A stretch of 35,473 bases of DNA from a virus (IMGVR_UViG_2850773344_000008), one strand, 5' to 3'; counted from the stretch's first letter, positions 17,763 through 29,982 are shown. Notes: a model not told the origin generated them from the letters alone. Translations and numbers: made by a program.

Positions 17763-18437
17763 ATGAATTCCCAGACAACAAAAGATATTCCCTGCTTCCG
17801 TTCTTATTTGCCTGATGCCCTGCGTTTAAGATTTGAAGATAAACTGACCATCCGGGCCATCGCTCAGCGTCTGGGTCTCAGTCATTCCACAATACATACG
17901 CTTTTTCAGCGATTTCTTGCATCCGGTATCGCATGGCCATTGCCCGATTCAGTTTCATTCGCTCAACTTGACGCCATCCTTTATGCCAACAGAAAGAAGG
18001 AATTAACAGAGCCTCAAATCAGAGAAGGCTCATGGCGAAAAGAACGGCGAACCAGCTATAGCCGTGAATTTAAGGTCCGTCTGGCTAAGCAGGCATTACA
18101 GCCTGGGGCTGTTGTTGCCCGGATCGCCAGAGAACACGATATCAATAATAACCTGCTGTTTAAATGGAAAAGCCAGTACGAGGACGGCTTACTGAGCGAT
18201 GATGACATACAGGAATGCATGCCTGTCCCGGTGGCACTGACTGATACGCCGGAGCCGACCAGACCAGTTACAAATCCCTTCTGGCGTAACAAGCATGATG
18301 AGCGCCCTGAGGGGGCTCCCGGAAACGTCCCACGGTGCGAGCTGCATCTTAAATCAGGTGTGGTAAAACTGTTTGACCCTCTCACTCCGGAACTGTTACG
18401 GGCGCTAATCCGCGAAATGAAAGGGGGTATCCGATGA
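17763..18437 (+). CDS. IS66-family Orf1 (TnpA-like, HTH)
   Basis: 224 aa; HTH segment LTIRAIAQRLGLSHSTIHTLFQRF; C-terminal half (RRTSYSREFKVRLAKQALQPGAVVARIAREHDINNNLLFKWKSQY) typical of IS66 TnpA. Confidence 0.65.
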   Translation: MNSQTTKDIPCFRSYLPDALRLRFEDKLTIRAIAQRLGLSHSTIHTLFQRFLASGIAWPLPDSVSFAQLDAILYANRKKELTEPQIREGSWRKERRTSYSREFKVRLAKQALQPGAVVARIAREHDINNNLLFKWKSQYEDGLLSDDDIQECMPVPVALTDTPEPTRPVTNPFWRNKHDERPEGAPGNVPRCELHLKSGVVKLFDPLTPELLRALIREMKGGIR

Positions 18438-18784
18438 TAACGCTGCCGACCGGTACCAAAATCTGGATCATCGCTGGCATCACAGATATGCGTTGTGGCT
18501 TCAATGGCCTGGCTTCGAAGGTGCAGAACACGCTGAAAGATGACCCGTTCTCCGGGCATATCTTCGTCTTCCGGGGCCGCAGTGGCAAAATGGTGAAAAT
18601 ACTGTGGGCCGATCGTGACGGGTTATGCCTGTTCACCAAACGTCTGGCCGGTGACCCGGGAAGGGAAAGTGCACCTGACGCCAGCTCAGTTATCCATGCT
18701 ACTGGAGGGGATCGCGTGGCCACATCCCAAACGGACAGAACGGCCTGGCATCCGGATATAACCCGTGATAAAACAAGGGAATGA
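18434..18784 (+). CDS. IS66-family Orf2 (TnpB)
   Basis: 116 aa [28 protein letters not shown].... Confidence 0.8.
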   Translation: MITLPTGTKIWIIAGITDMRCGFNGLASKVQNTLKDDPFSGHIFVFRGRSGKMVKILWADRDGLCLFTKRLAGDPGRESAPDASSVIHATGGDRVATSQTDRTAWHPDITRDKTRE

Positions 18785-20382
18785 ACAATGAACTCCCCGA
18801 TGATATTGAGCTGCTTAAAGCCATGTTGCGTAAGCAACAGAGTCGGCTTCGACAGTATGCCTGTCAGGTCGCGGGCTATGAGCAGGAAATTGAACGGCTG
18901 AAAGCGCAACTCGACAGGTTGCGTCGTATGTTGTTCGGCCAGAGTTCAGAGAAAAAGCGTCATAAGCTTGAAAATCAGATCCGACAGGCAGAAAAACGAC
19001 TGTCGGAACTGGAAAACCGGCTGAACACAGCCAGAAATCTTCTGGAAGATGCATCGTCAGTCACAGATTCACCTGACACCAGTCCCCCGTCAGAAAACCC
19101 GATCGCCAGTAAGCCTGAATTCCCGGGACGAAAATCTTCACGAAAACCGCTGCCGGCAGAACTTCCCCGGGAGACACATCGCCTTCTGCCTGCTGAAACC
19201 AGTTGCCCGGCCTGTGGAGGTGTTCTGAAAGAAATGGGGGAAACAATCTCAGAGCAACTGGATATCATTAATACCGCCTTTAAAGTTATCGAAACCATAC
19301 GTCCCAAACTGGCCTGTAGCCGGTGTGATGTCATCGTTCAGGCACCACTTCCTCCTAAACCGATCGAACGCGGTTATGCCAGTGCAGGGTTACTTGCACG
19401 GATCCTGGTCAGCAAATATATGGAACATATCCCTTTATATCGCCAGTCAGAAATATACGCGCGACAGGGCGTGGAGCTGAGCCGTAATACCATGGTGCGC
19501 TGGGTATCAGAAATGGCAGACAAACTCCGTCCTCTGTATATAGCGCTGAATGACTATGTTCTGGAGGCAGGAAAGGTGCACGCAGATGACACTCCGGTGA
19601 AAGTACTGGCCCCGGGGAACGGAAAGACGAAAACGGGTCGTCTGTGGGTATACGTCAGGGATGATCGTAATGCGGGTTCATCCCTGCCGGCAGCCGTCTG
19701 GTTCGCGTATTCGGCAGATCGCAAAGGAGAACATCCGCAGCTCCACCTGGCAAAGTATCAGGGCGTACTGCAGGCTGATGCCTATGCAGGTTATAACGTA
19801 CTGTACGAAACGGGCCGGGTGAAGGAAGCCGGGTGCCTGGCCCACGCCCGCCGAAAAATCCATGACGAGGATGTGCGCCGTCCGACAGAAATGACTCAGG
19901 AAGCGCTCAGACGGATAGCAGAGTTATACGACATAGAAGCGGAGATACGTGGCAGTCCGGCAGAGGAACGGCTTGCAGTCAGAAAAGCCAGAAGCGTCCA
20001 GTTGATGCAGTCGTTGTACGACTGGATACAGTTGCAGAGGAAAACGCTGTCGAAACATGCGGAGATGGCGAAGGCGTTCGACTATATCCTGAATCACTGG
20101 AATGCGCTGAACGAGTTCTGTCGTGACGGCTGGGTGGAAATAGACAACAACATCGGTGAAAACGCGTTACGATCGGTGGCGGTTGGAAGAAAAAATTATC
20201 TCTTTTTCGGCTCAGACAAGGGAGGAGAAAGTGCGGCGATCATCTACAGTCTGCTGGTCACCTGCAAACAGAACGAAGTGGAGCCGGAGGACTGGTTGCG
20301 CGAAGTGATCGAGAAGCTCAATGACTGGCCGTCGAACCAAGTGCATGAACTGCTGCCCTGGAACTTCTCGTCTGTAAAATAA
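18781..20382 (+). CDS. IS66-family Orf3 (TnpC, DDE transposase)
   Basis: 533 aa; N-terminal coiled coil/leucine zipper, CxxC...CxxC zinc motif (CPACGG...CSRCD), C-terminal DDE core. Confidence 0.85.
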
Positions 20383-20414
20383 TCCTTACGCTACGTACTT
20401 CTCGGGGCGCTTAC

Positions 20415-20694
20415 GGATGTTGGGACTTGAACCGAAGAACACGGCGGTGCGGAGTCCGGAGAGTAACGGAATAGCAGAGAGCTTCGTGAAAACGATAAAG
20501 CGTGACTACATCAGTATCATGCCCAAACCAGACGGGTTAACGGCAGCAAAGAACCTTGCAGAGGCGTTCGAGCATTATAACGAATGGCATCCGCATAGTG
20601 CGCTGGGTTATCGCTCGCCACGGGAATATCTGCGGCAGCGGGCTTGTAATGGGTTAAGTGATAACAGATGTCTGGAAATATAGGGGCAAATCCA
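20415..20694 (+). mobile_element. IS2 3'-terminal fragment (about 280 bp)
   Basis: Identical to the last ~280 bp of the two full IS2 copies (end of insD plus right terminus ...GGGGCAAATCCA); abuts the IS66-family right end. Confidence 0.8.
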
Positions 20695-20921
20695 GTCACC
20701 GCGATTATCTCCGCTCTGGTTATCTGCATCATCGTCTGCCTGTCATGGGCTGTTAATCATTACCGTGATAACGCCATTACCTACAAAGAGCAGCGCGACA
20801 AAAACGCAAGAGAACTGAAGCTGGCGAACGCAACCATTACTGACATGCAGCAGCGCCAGCGTGCTGCTGATGCACTCGATGCTAAATACACGACGGAGTT
20901 AGCCAATGCGAAATGAAGTGG

Positions 20922-22090
<1,169 letters not shown>

Positions 22091-22172
22091 TGGAGCACCT
22101 GTGTTGTTCTGAGGTGAGCATATCACCTCTGTTCAGGTGGCCAAATTCAGTGTGCCACTTCAAAAGCTGAAA

Positions 22173-22364
22173 ATGATGCTCTTCGGCGCAAGCTTGATAA
22201 TGGTGGTCGGGTGCTCGTCAAAGGAAAATGCCCTGTGCCATCCTCAGCCGAAACCTCCAGCGCCTCCGGCATGGGCAATGATGCCACCGTCGAACTCTCT
22301 CCAGTTGCTGGACGAAACGTTCTCGGTATCCGGGACGGAATCATCAGCGACCAGACAGCATTGA
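22173..22364 (+). pseudogene. Rz1 (o-spanin lipoprotein) remnant embedded in Rz
   Basis: +1 frame inside Rz: MMLFGASLIMVVGCSSK..., lipobox-like LIMVVGC followed by Pro-rich stretch PQPKPPAPPAWAMMPP; upstream start region is cut by IS911. Confidence 0.5.
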
Positions 22365-22496
22365 GAATGCTTCAGGAGTACATCAGGATCCAATGCCTTG
22401 GGGGGTAGCGGTAATTTTACTCATTATCCTTCAAATCAGATTCTGTTGTCAGAGGAATGGGGGAAGCTGGATTCGCAAGAGCTTTTTATGGGCAGT

Positions 22497-23009
22497 TTAG
22501 CTAAAAAAAGGCAACACGAAGCTAAAACTACCAACATAAAGTGCTGACCAGCTAGCAGCTGAAATCAGACTCACTGTATACACTTTCACTGGATGAAGTT
22601 GCAACATTCCTGCCACCAAAGGAGCAATGTAACGCAGCACGGCGATAAAGCGCGAAGTGAAAAGTATTGACACAGAGTTATTTTGCAACTGAAGGCGAAC
22701 CCGTTCTATTGTATTGGAACGGCTCGATATTATACATGCAAGTTGAGGGATATGCCCAATTATTATACCAAGATGGTAATTAACGATAGTACCGCACCAT
22801 GCGCCACTCATGACCGTGATTCCAGCTTCCCATGGTGAAAGAGTCGTCTTGCTGACTGTAATTACAGTGGCCATCATAATTGATGCTGGTGGCAATATCG
22901 CCGAAATGAGTAAAGTGGATTTTGTGAACGCTATTATAAAAAGAAGCCCCCATAGGCGATATGGATGAAGTACAAAATAGTTCATCAAAGCATTTATCCA
23001 CTCCATCAA
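22497..23009 (-). CDS. DedA/YqaA-family inner-membrane protein (moron)
   Basis: 170 aa, several predicted TM helices, AT-rich coding region, opposite strand to the flanking late genes. Confidence 0.45.
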   Translation of the reverse strand: MMEWINALMNYFVLHPYRLWGLLFIIAFTKSTLLISAILPPASIMMATVITVSKTTLSPWEAGITVMSGAWCGTIVNYHLGIIIGHIPQLACIISSRSNTIERVRLQLQNNSVSILFTSRFIAVLRYIAPLVAGMLQLHPVKVYTVSLISAASWSALYVGSFSFVLPFFS

Positions 23010-23203
23010 TGTCTTTCCTTCTGTGAATTTTTCTTTGCTATTTAACCGTGATACGACTTAATTTAGGCTTAAACACCTTACATTTACAAGGTACTCCTGT
23101 GGGGGGCCCTGCCACGGAGCGTCGCAGGAGTGAGTGATAAGGAAGAATTAAAGCAACCTATTGTGACAGGCAGCGATAACAGTAAATCACAGGAAGCATA
23201 ATC

Positions 23204-23968
23204 ATGGCAAAACCGGACTGGGAGGCCATCGAATCGGCATACCGGGCCGGAGTCCTTAGCCTCCGTGATATAGGCGAGAAATACGGCGTTACAGAAGGGG
23301 CTATCAGGAAGAGGGCCAAAAAGCTTGATTGGGCACGCAGTGGCGGTACGCAGGTTTGCAAAAATGGTACGCAAAAAAGGAAAGTGCGTACCAGCAGAAA
23401 GCCTGCCATTACTGGCCTTACACAAAAAAGTACGCAACTAAAAACAGAATCTACACCGGATACGAAACCGATACGCGGAATGCGTACCGATCCCCCGACT
23501 ACCCCATTCCAACCCGGTAACCAGCAGGCATTAAAACACGGTGGTTATGCCCGTCGCCTTCTGCTCAAAGATGAGGTGATAGAGGACGCTAAAGCGTTGA
23601 CGCTCGAGGACGAATTATTTCGCCTTCGTGCTAACAACCTTGTCGCTGCAGAGAATATTGGTCGGTGGTTGGTGTCGCTGGAAGATGCTAATGGGGACCA
23701 GGAAAGGAAGATGCTGATTGAAAATATCAGCGCCGCCGAGAAAGCAATGATGCGCAATACAGTTCGTATTGAGTCCATCGTTGGCACGCTTGCGACGGTA
23801 GGAAAAATATTTGCTGATACAGCCTACCGCAAGGCCGCCACTGATAAGGTGTCTCTGGAGGCTGATCGTCTTCGCCGTGATGCAGGTATTGATGATGGCA
23901 ATGGAGAGCGTGACCTCAATGACTTCTACTCTGACATCCAAACCGACGCTGAATCCGGCTTTACGTAG
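23204..23968 (+). CDS. terminase small subunit
   Basis: 254 aa; N-terminal HTH (LSLRDIGEKYGVTEGAIRKRAKK); immediately upstream of and overlapping the large-subunit gene. Confidence 0.6.
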   Translation: MAKPDWEAIESAYRAGVLSLRDIGEKYGVTEGAIRKRAKKLDWARSGGTQVCKNGTQKRKVRTSRKPAITGLTQKSTQLKTESTPDTKPIRGMRTDPPTTPFQPGNQQALKHGGYARRLLLKDEVIEDAKALTLEDELFRLRANNLVAAENIGRWLVSLEDANGDQERKMLIENISAAEKAMMRNTVRIESIVGTLATVGKIFADTAYRKAATDKVSLEADRLRRDAGIDDGNGERDLNDFYSDIQTDAESGFT

Positions 23969-24677
23969 TTTCTGGACTATGCGGGCACGTAACAAAGTGC
24001 TTTATGGTGGTCGGTCATCGTCAAAATCATGGGATGCCGCTGGCATTGCCATATTTCTGTCGAATAAATACACCCTGCGTTTTTGTTGTGCCCGTCAGAT
24101 CCAGAATAAAATCGAAGAGTCGGTGTATACCCTGCTCAAAATTCAGATAGACAGGTTTGGTCTGCGGCACCGTTTCCGTATTCTGAACAACAAAATCATT
24201 AACCGGGTTACTGGCTCGGAATTTGTTTTTTATGGATTATGGCGCAACATCGAAGAAATTAAGTCACTGGAGGGGATCGATGTGTTGTGGCTGGAAGAAG
24301 CCCACGCACTGACGGAATACCAGTGGAAAATTCTGGAGCCAACGATCCGTAAAGAGGGTTCGGAATGCTGGTTCATATTCAACCCCGGACTTGTTACTGA
24401 TTTCGTCTGGCGCAACTTCGTTGTTGATCCGCCCGAAGGCACTCTCATCCGCAAAATTAACTATGACGAAAATCCGTTTCTGTCTGACACCATGCTTAAG
24501 GTTATCGACGCGGCGCGACGCCGTGATCCGGATGGTTTTAAACATGTGTATGAGGGCGTTCCGGAGTCTGATGATGATGCGGCAATTAGACTGGCCCCCT
24601 GAATCTCCAGACAACCAGTATCACTTATTTAAGTGATAGTCTTAATACTAGTTTTTAGACTAGTCATTGGAGAACAG

Positions 24678-25043
24678 ATGATTGATGTCTTAGGGCCGGA
24701 GAAACGCAGACGGCGTACCACACAGGAAAAGATCGCAATTGTTCAGCAGAGCTTTGAACCGGGGATGACGGTCTCCCTCGTTGCCCGGCAACATGGTGTA
24801 GCAGCCAGCCAGTTATTTCTCTGGCGTAAGCAATACCAGGAAGGAAGTCTTACTGCTGTGGCCGCCGGAGAACAGGTTGTTCCTGCCTCTGAACTTGCTG
24901 CCGCCATGAAGCAGATTAAAGAACTCCAGCGCCTGCTCGGCAAGAAAACGATGGAAAATGAACTCCTCAAAGAAGCCGTTGAATATGGACGGGCAAAAAA
25001 GTGGATAACGCACGCGCCCTTATTGCCCGGGGATGGGGAGTAA
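24678..25043 (+). CDS. insC: IS2 InsC
   Basis: 121 aa; one substitution relative to copy 1 (KKWIAHAPL vs KKWITHAPL). Confidence 0.85.
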   Translation: MIDVLGPEKRRRRTTQEKIAIVQQSFEPGMTVSLVARQHGVAASQLFLWRKQYQEGSLTAVAAGEQVVPASELAAAMKQIKELQRLLGKKTMENELLKEAVEYGRAKKWITHAPLLPGDGE

Positions 25044-25906
25044 GCTTAGTCAGCCGTTGTCTCCGGGTGTCGCGTGCGCAGTTGCACGTCATTCTCAGAC
25101 GAACCGATGACTGGATGGATGGCCGCCGCAGTCGTCACACTGATGATACGGATGTGCTTCTCCGTATACACCATGTTATCGGAGAGCTGCCCACGTATGG
25201 TTATCGTCGGGTATGGGCGCTGCTTCGCAGACAGGCAGAACTTGATGGTATGCCTGCGATCAATGCCAAACGTGTTTACCGGCTCATGCGCCAGAATGCG
25301 CTGTTGCTTGAGCGAAAACCTGCTGTACCGCCATCGAAACGGGCACATACAGGCAGAGTGGCCGTGAAAGAAAGCAATCAGCGATGGTGCTCTGACGGGT
25401 TCGAGTTCTGCTGTGATAACGGAGAGAGACTGCGTGTCACGTTCGCGCTGGACTGCTGTGATCGTGAGGCACTGCACTGGGCGGTGACTACCGGCGGCTT
25501 CAACAGTGAAACAGTACAGGACGTCATGCTGGGAGCGGTGGAACGCCGCTTCGGCAACGATCTTCCGTCGTCTCCAGTGGAGTGGCTGACGGATAATGGT
25601 TCATGCTACCGGGCTAATGAAACACGCCAGTTCGCCCGGATGTTGGGACTTGAACCGAAGAACACGGCGGTGCGGAGTCCGGAGAGTAACGGAATAGCAG
25701 AGAGCTTCGTGAAAACGATAAAGCGTGACTACATCAGTATCATGCCCAAACCAGACGGGTTAACGGCAGCAAAGAACCTTGCAGAGGCGTTCGAGCATTA
25801 TAACGAATGGCATCCGCATAGTGCGCTGGGTTATCGCTCGCCACGGGAATATCTGCGGCAGCGGGCTTGTAATGGGTTAAGTGATAACAGATGTCTGGAA
25901 ATATAG
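25001..25906 (+). CDS. insD: IS2 InsD
   Basis: 301 aa; one substitution relative to copy 1 (MDS vs MDN). Confidence 0.9.
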   Translation: MDNARALIARGWGVSLVSRCLRVSRAQLHVILRRTDDWMDGRRSRHTDDTDVLLRIHHVIGELPTYGYRRVWALLRRQAELDGMPAINAKRVYRLMRQNALLLERKPAVPPSKRAHTGRVAVKESNQRWCSDGFEFCCDNGERLRVTFALDCCDREALHWAVTTGGFNSETVQDVMLGAVERRFGNDLPSSPVEWLTDNGSCYRANETRQFARMLGLEPKNTAVRSPESNGIAESFVKTIKRDYISIMPKPDGLTAAKNLAEAFEHYNEWHPHSALGYRSPREYLRQRACNGLSDNRCLEI

Positions 25907-26657
25907 GGGCAAATCCAGCAATCATCAAACTGTCTTGGATAGAAGCCGCAGTGGATGCGCACAAAACGTTAAATTTCGAACCCAGTGGAAGAAAGCGTAT
26001 TGGCTTTGACGTGGCTGACAGTGGTACAGATAAGTGCGCTAACGTTTACCGTCACGGATCCGTTGTTTTCTGGGCCGACGAATGGAAGGCCAAAGAAGAT
26101 GAATTACTGAAGAGCTGCCAGCGTACTTATCAGGCGGCGCTGGAGCGTGAAGCAGATATTGTTTACGACTCTATCGGTGTTGGTGCGTCTGCCGGTGCTA
26201 AATTCTCTGAAATTAACGCTGACCGGAAGAGCGAGAACGCATACGCGCGACGTGTGAATTACCAGAGGTTTAACGCCGGTGCTGGTGTGCATGAGCCAGA
26301 TGACGAGTACAACGGCATCCCCAACAAAGACTTTTTCGCAAATCTTAAGGCTCAGGCATGGTGGCTGGTGGCTGACCGTTTCAGAAATACGTTTAACGCC
26401 ATTAACAACGGAGAACAGTATCCTGTGGATGAGCTGATCAGCATAGATTCTCGTTGTCCGTTGCTTGAAAAGCTGAAACTGGAACTGACAACACCTCATC
26501 GTGATTTCGACCGTAACGGACGTGTGATGGTCGAAAGTAAAAAAGACCTCGCAAAACGCGAGATACCGTCACCAAACGTTGCTGATGCATTCATTATGGC
26601 CTTCGCGCCAATCGATACATCGCTGGATATCTGGGAACAGCTGGGGAGACAGGCCTG

Positions 26658-28124
26658 ATGGCACGAAACAAACAAGCCCTGCGGCGAACTGTGCAGGCCA
26701 CAGCTGATGGTTATGAGAATTTTATTGCCCAAGTAGGGATGCAGACACCTAACCAGCACTCAGCATCCACCTACCGGGCTAATTTCACCAGTCGTAACCG
26801 CATGCTGGTGGAATGGTCCTATCGTTCATCCTGGATCATCGGCGAAGCAGTCGATGCTATCCCGGATGATATGACCCGCAAAGGCATTCGCATCACTTCG
26901 GAAATTGATGCAAAAGATCGTGGCATTCTCGAATCACAACTGGATGAGTTGCAAATCTGGGATGCGCTGAATGACGTGCTGAAATGGTCGCGCCTCTACG
27001 GCGGCGCGGTGGGTTTCATCATGATTGAGGGGCAGGCACCAATGACCCCGCTGCGACCCGAAACCATCGGTAAGGGCAAGTTTAAGGGGATTCTCCCGCT
27101 CGACCGCTGGATGGTCGACCCGGCACTGACCCGCCGCATTAAAGATATGGGGCCGGACCTGGGTAAACCTGAGTTTTACGATGTGGTGACCACAGCAACG
27201 GGAATTCCTGCCTGGCGCATTCATCACAGTCGCCTGATTCGCTTTGATGGCGTCACGTTGCCATTTCAGCAGAAGATGACCGAGAACGAATGGGGAATGT
27301 CGGTTGTAGAGCGTATCTGGGATCGTCTTACCGCGTTCGACAGCGCTACTGTCGGCGCGGCGCAGCTGGTCTACAAGGCGCATTTGCGTACCTACAGCGT
27401 GGAGAAGCTACGAGAGCTTATCGCACTTGGTGGTCCTGCGTATGAAGCGTTGCTGAAGAATATCGACCTGATTCGACAGTTCCAGAGTAATGAAGGCATG
27501 ACGCTCATGGACTCGCGGGATAAGTTTGAAACCCATCAGTACAGCTTCAGTGGTCTGGATGACATCCTTTCGCAGTTTGCAGAACAGATTAGTGGCGCTG
27601 TTGGTATCCCACTGGTGCGGTTGTTCGGACAGTCCCCGAAAGGATTTTCTACCGGTGATGCAGACCTTGCCAACTATTACGATCGCATCAGTTCGTTGCA
27701 GGAGAGGCGTTTACGTCTTCCGGTGCGGCGGATACTGGACATCATGCATCGTTCGGAACTTGGCAAGCCGCTGCCGGACGATTTCACGTTTGAGTTTAAC
27801 CCGCTCTGGCAAATGTCTGATGTCGATCGCTCAACGGTGGCGTTAAACACCACCAACGCAATCAGTACGGCGCTGGGTGATGGTCTGATGACACTGAAAG
27901 CCGCTATGACTGATTTGCGAGAAAATTCTGACGTAACCGGCATAGGGGCATCCATTACCAACGAGGACATCGAGAATGCCGAAGATGAAGCGCCGCCCGG
28001 CATCGGCGAACCTGATGACGAACCGCAGGAGCCGTCAGGCGGAAATCCGGTATCAAACCAGCCTACGCAGGATAGCGAGGGCGGTCGGAGACATCGTAAA
28101 TGGTCGCTACGATGGTTCAAATGA
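26658..28124 (+). CDS. phage portal protein
   Basis: 488 aa; position directly after terminase (TGATG overlap); acidic C-terminal tail. Confidence 0.65.
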   Translation: MARNKQALRRTVQATADGYENFIAQVGMQTPNQHSASTYRANFTSRNRMLVEWSYRSSWIIGEAVDAIPDDMTRKGIRITSEIDAKDRGILESQLDELQIWDALNDVLKWSRLYGGAVGFIMIEGQAPMTPLRPETIGKGKFKGILPLDRWMVDPALTRRIKDMGPDLGKPEFYDVVTTATGIPAWRIHHSRLIRFDGVTLPFQQKMTENEWGMSVVERIWDRLTAFDSATVGAAQLVYKAHLRTYSVEKLRELIALGGPAYEALLKNIDLIRQFQSNEGMTLMDSRDKFETHQYSFSGLDDILSQFAEQISGAVGIPLVRLFGQSPKGFSTGDADLANYYDRISSLQERRLRLPVRRILDIMHRSELGKPLPDDFTFEFNPLWQMSDVDRSTVALNTTNAISTALGDGLMTLKAAMTDLRENSDVTGIGASITNEDIENAEDEAPPGIGEPDDEPQEPSGGNPVSNQPTQDSEGGRRHRKWSLRWFK

Positions 28125-28758
28125 CAGTATCACGGAAATTATTGCGGCGCTGGAGCGTTACAGTGAAATCATCACCCCCTGGGCGACAAAGGTCGCGGAA
28201 AACTTTACTGCGGACCTAACCCGGCAGAACGAGAAAGTTTGGCGGCAACACAGCAAGAACATCAGTCGCGAGCTCCGCAATCTTGTGGAAAGCGCTCCTG
28301 TGGGCCAGGTGATGCAATCCATCATCGCCGAACAGGTCAAGTACATCAAATCTCTGCCTCTCGAGGCCGCAGACAGGGTGTACGACATCCAGAACAAAGC
28401 GATAGAGGCTGTTGTCACCGGTGGTCGGGCGGAGCAGTTTGCTAAAGAGATTGCATCTACCGGCGATGTTGCTAAGTCTAGGGCCGATCTGATTGCCCGA
28501 ACGGAACTGGGAAGAGCAACGGGCGCGCTGGATATGGCCCGAGCGATAGATATTGGCTCGGATGGTTATATTTGGCGTACAGCCGATGATGGCGATGTCC
28601 GAGATTCCCACGATCACATGAAAGGTAAATTCGTCCGCTGGGATTCACCTCCAACTTTGGACGGCATGACCGGCCACGCGGGCGAGCTGCCAAACTGCCG
28701 CTGCTATAAAGAGATCGTGTTTGTTCGCGTTCCATTCGCAATGAAAAGGGCAGCATAA
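27976..28758 (+). CDS. MuF-like head morphogenesis protein
   Basis: 260-codon ORF overlapping the portal 3' end by 149 nt (true start may be later or non-ATG); C-terminal MuF-type motifs (IARTELGRA..., WRTADDGDVRDSHDHMKGK). Confidence 0.55.
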   Translation: MPKMKRRPASANLMTNRRSRQAEIRYQTSLRRIARAVGDIVNGRYDGSNDSITEIIAALERYSEIITPWATKVAENFTADLTRQNEKVWRQHSKNISRELRNLVESAPVGQVMQSIIAEQVKYIKSLPLEAADRVYDIQNKAIEAVVTGGRAEQFAKEIASTGDVAKSRADLIARTELGRATGALDMARAIDIGSDGYIWRTADDGDVRDSHDHMKGKFVRWDSPPTLDGMTGHAGELPNCRCYKEIVFVRVPFAMKRAA

Positions 28759-28761
28759 CCC

Positions 28762-29982
28762 ATGAAATACTTTTTTGAGACCAGGCTCGGGGAAACCCGA
28801 TACCGCCTGGCTGACGGCTCGTTGCTGTGCAAAGACGTGCCGATAGGACGAACAGGTAAGCAGCTCTATGGTGCTGATGACCTGCCAAAACTGAAACCCG
28901 ATAAGTTCGTTGAAATAGTCGTCACGCGTTCTCCTGAGCAGGTATTCCATCCGGCCACGCTTGCCTCATTCGAAGGGATGAGCATCACGATCCTGCATCC
29001 TGAAGATGAAAACGGGAATGTGCGGCTGGTAAATCCCGAGAACTGGAAAGTGCTTGCTGTCGGGCACCTCCAGAATGTCCGGCGCGGGACGGGTGAGCAG
29101 TCTGATTTGATGCTGGCTGACCTTATCGTCAAAGACGAAAGCGCCATTCAGCTTATCGAAGATGGCCTGCGCGAAGTGTCGTGCGGCTATGACGCGGAGT
29201 ACGAGCAGACCGAGCCAGGTAAAGCCGAGCAGGTCGATATTACCGGAAACCATGTGGCTCTTGTCCCTAAAGGCAGAGCCGGAAATCGTTGTGCAATTGG
29301 AGACAGAGACACAATGGCAAATCAAAAGAAAAACTGGTGGAACCGCATGCGTGCGGCCATCAAGACAGGAGATGCCGACACCATGAACGAACTGGTGGAG
29401 TCGGCTCCCGCATCGGTTACAGGAGATGAGGGGGATTTGCCGCAGGGCGTTAATCTCAACATCAACCTGTCCCCGCAGCAACCACTACCGGACAAAGCAC
29501 CAGAGATGGGCGGAGATCCAACCGGCGACAGTGATGATGACCTCAAAACATTACTGAAAGCCCTGCTGGCTAAGCTGGAAAGAAATGCCACGGGCGATAA
29601 CGATAATAAGCCTGACGATAATCCGACCGGTGACGGCGAGGACGATGAAGAGGAAACCACGATTACTGGTGACTCAGCCTGGCGTGCCGAAGTTATCGTT
29701 CCGGGTATCGATCTGAGCCGTAAGATGAAACCGACCGCGTTCAAACGCGAGGTTCTGGCTTCTGCTGACAAAACGCTGGTTCGCCAGATAGTCGGTGATG
29801 CGGATATCCGCAAATTACCGAAACAATCGGTCGACATGGCGTTTAATGCCGTGTCTGAGGTTGCCAAAGGGCGAAACACCCGCGCCACCACCGGCGATGC
29901 ACAGCGCCTAAACATGGGCATGACCAGTATCGCTTCCCTGAACAAACAAAACGCTGAATTCTGGGCAAACCGTAAAGGGTAA
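28762..29982 (+). CDS. putative head scaffold/protease protein
   Basis: 406 aa; position between MuF-like and capsid genes; long acidic, Asp/Gly-rich low-complexity segment typical of scaffolds. Confidence 0.4.
   Translation: MKYFFETRLGETRYRLADGSLLCKDVPIGRTGKQLYGADDLPKLKPDKFVEIVVTRSPEQVFHPATLASFEGMSITILHPEDENGNVRLVNPENWKVLAVGHLQNVRRGTGEQSDLMLADLIVKDESAIQLIEDGLREVSCGYDAEYEQTEPGKAEQVDITGNHVALVPKGRAGNRCAIGDRDTMANQKKNWWNRMRAAIKTGDADTMNELVESAPASVTGDEGDLPQGVNLNINLSPQQPLPDKAPEMGGDPTGDSDDDLKTLLKALLAKLERNATGDNDNKPDDNPTGDGEDDEEETTITGDSAWRAEVIVPGIDLSRKMKPTAFKREVLASADKTLVRQIVGDADIRKLPKQSVDMAFNAVSEVAKGRNTRATTGDAQRLNMGMTSIASLNKQNAEFWANRKG

Larger units (their letters stand above)
17681..20414 (+). mobile_element. 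IS66-family insertion sequence (about 2.73 kb)
   Basis: Imperfect terminal inverted repeats GTAAGCGCCCC... (17681) and ...GGGGCGCTTAC (20414); three consecutive ORFs in the tnpA-tnpB-tnpC arrangement with 4-nt overlaps. Confidence 0.75.
24587..25917 (+). mobile_element. IS2, copy 2, full length 1331 bp
   Basis: Same termini as copy 1; 5-bp direct repeat GCAAT at 24582-24586 and 25918-25922. Confidence 0.9.
23901..26658 (+). pseudogene. terminase large subunit, interrupted by IS2
   Basis: ATPase part (to 24586; Walker A-like GGRSSSKSW, ...VLWLEEAH...) and nuclease part (25918..26658) are in frame once IS2 and one GCAAT copy are removed (...DDDAAIIKLSWIEAAVD...). Confidence 0.75.

Noticed and set aside
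20668-20916. ORF-track gene 20668..20916 (and 25891..26658) as native phage genes
   Set aside because: Both start at an ATG inside the IS2 right terminus and read into a downstream phage gene fragment (Rz, TerL C-terminus); they are hybrid ORFs, reported within the pseudogene features instead.
22211-22408. 65-codon ORF as an independent gene
   Set aside because: It is the in-frame C-terminal portion of Rz continuing after IS911.
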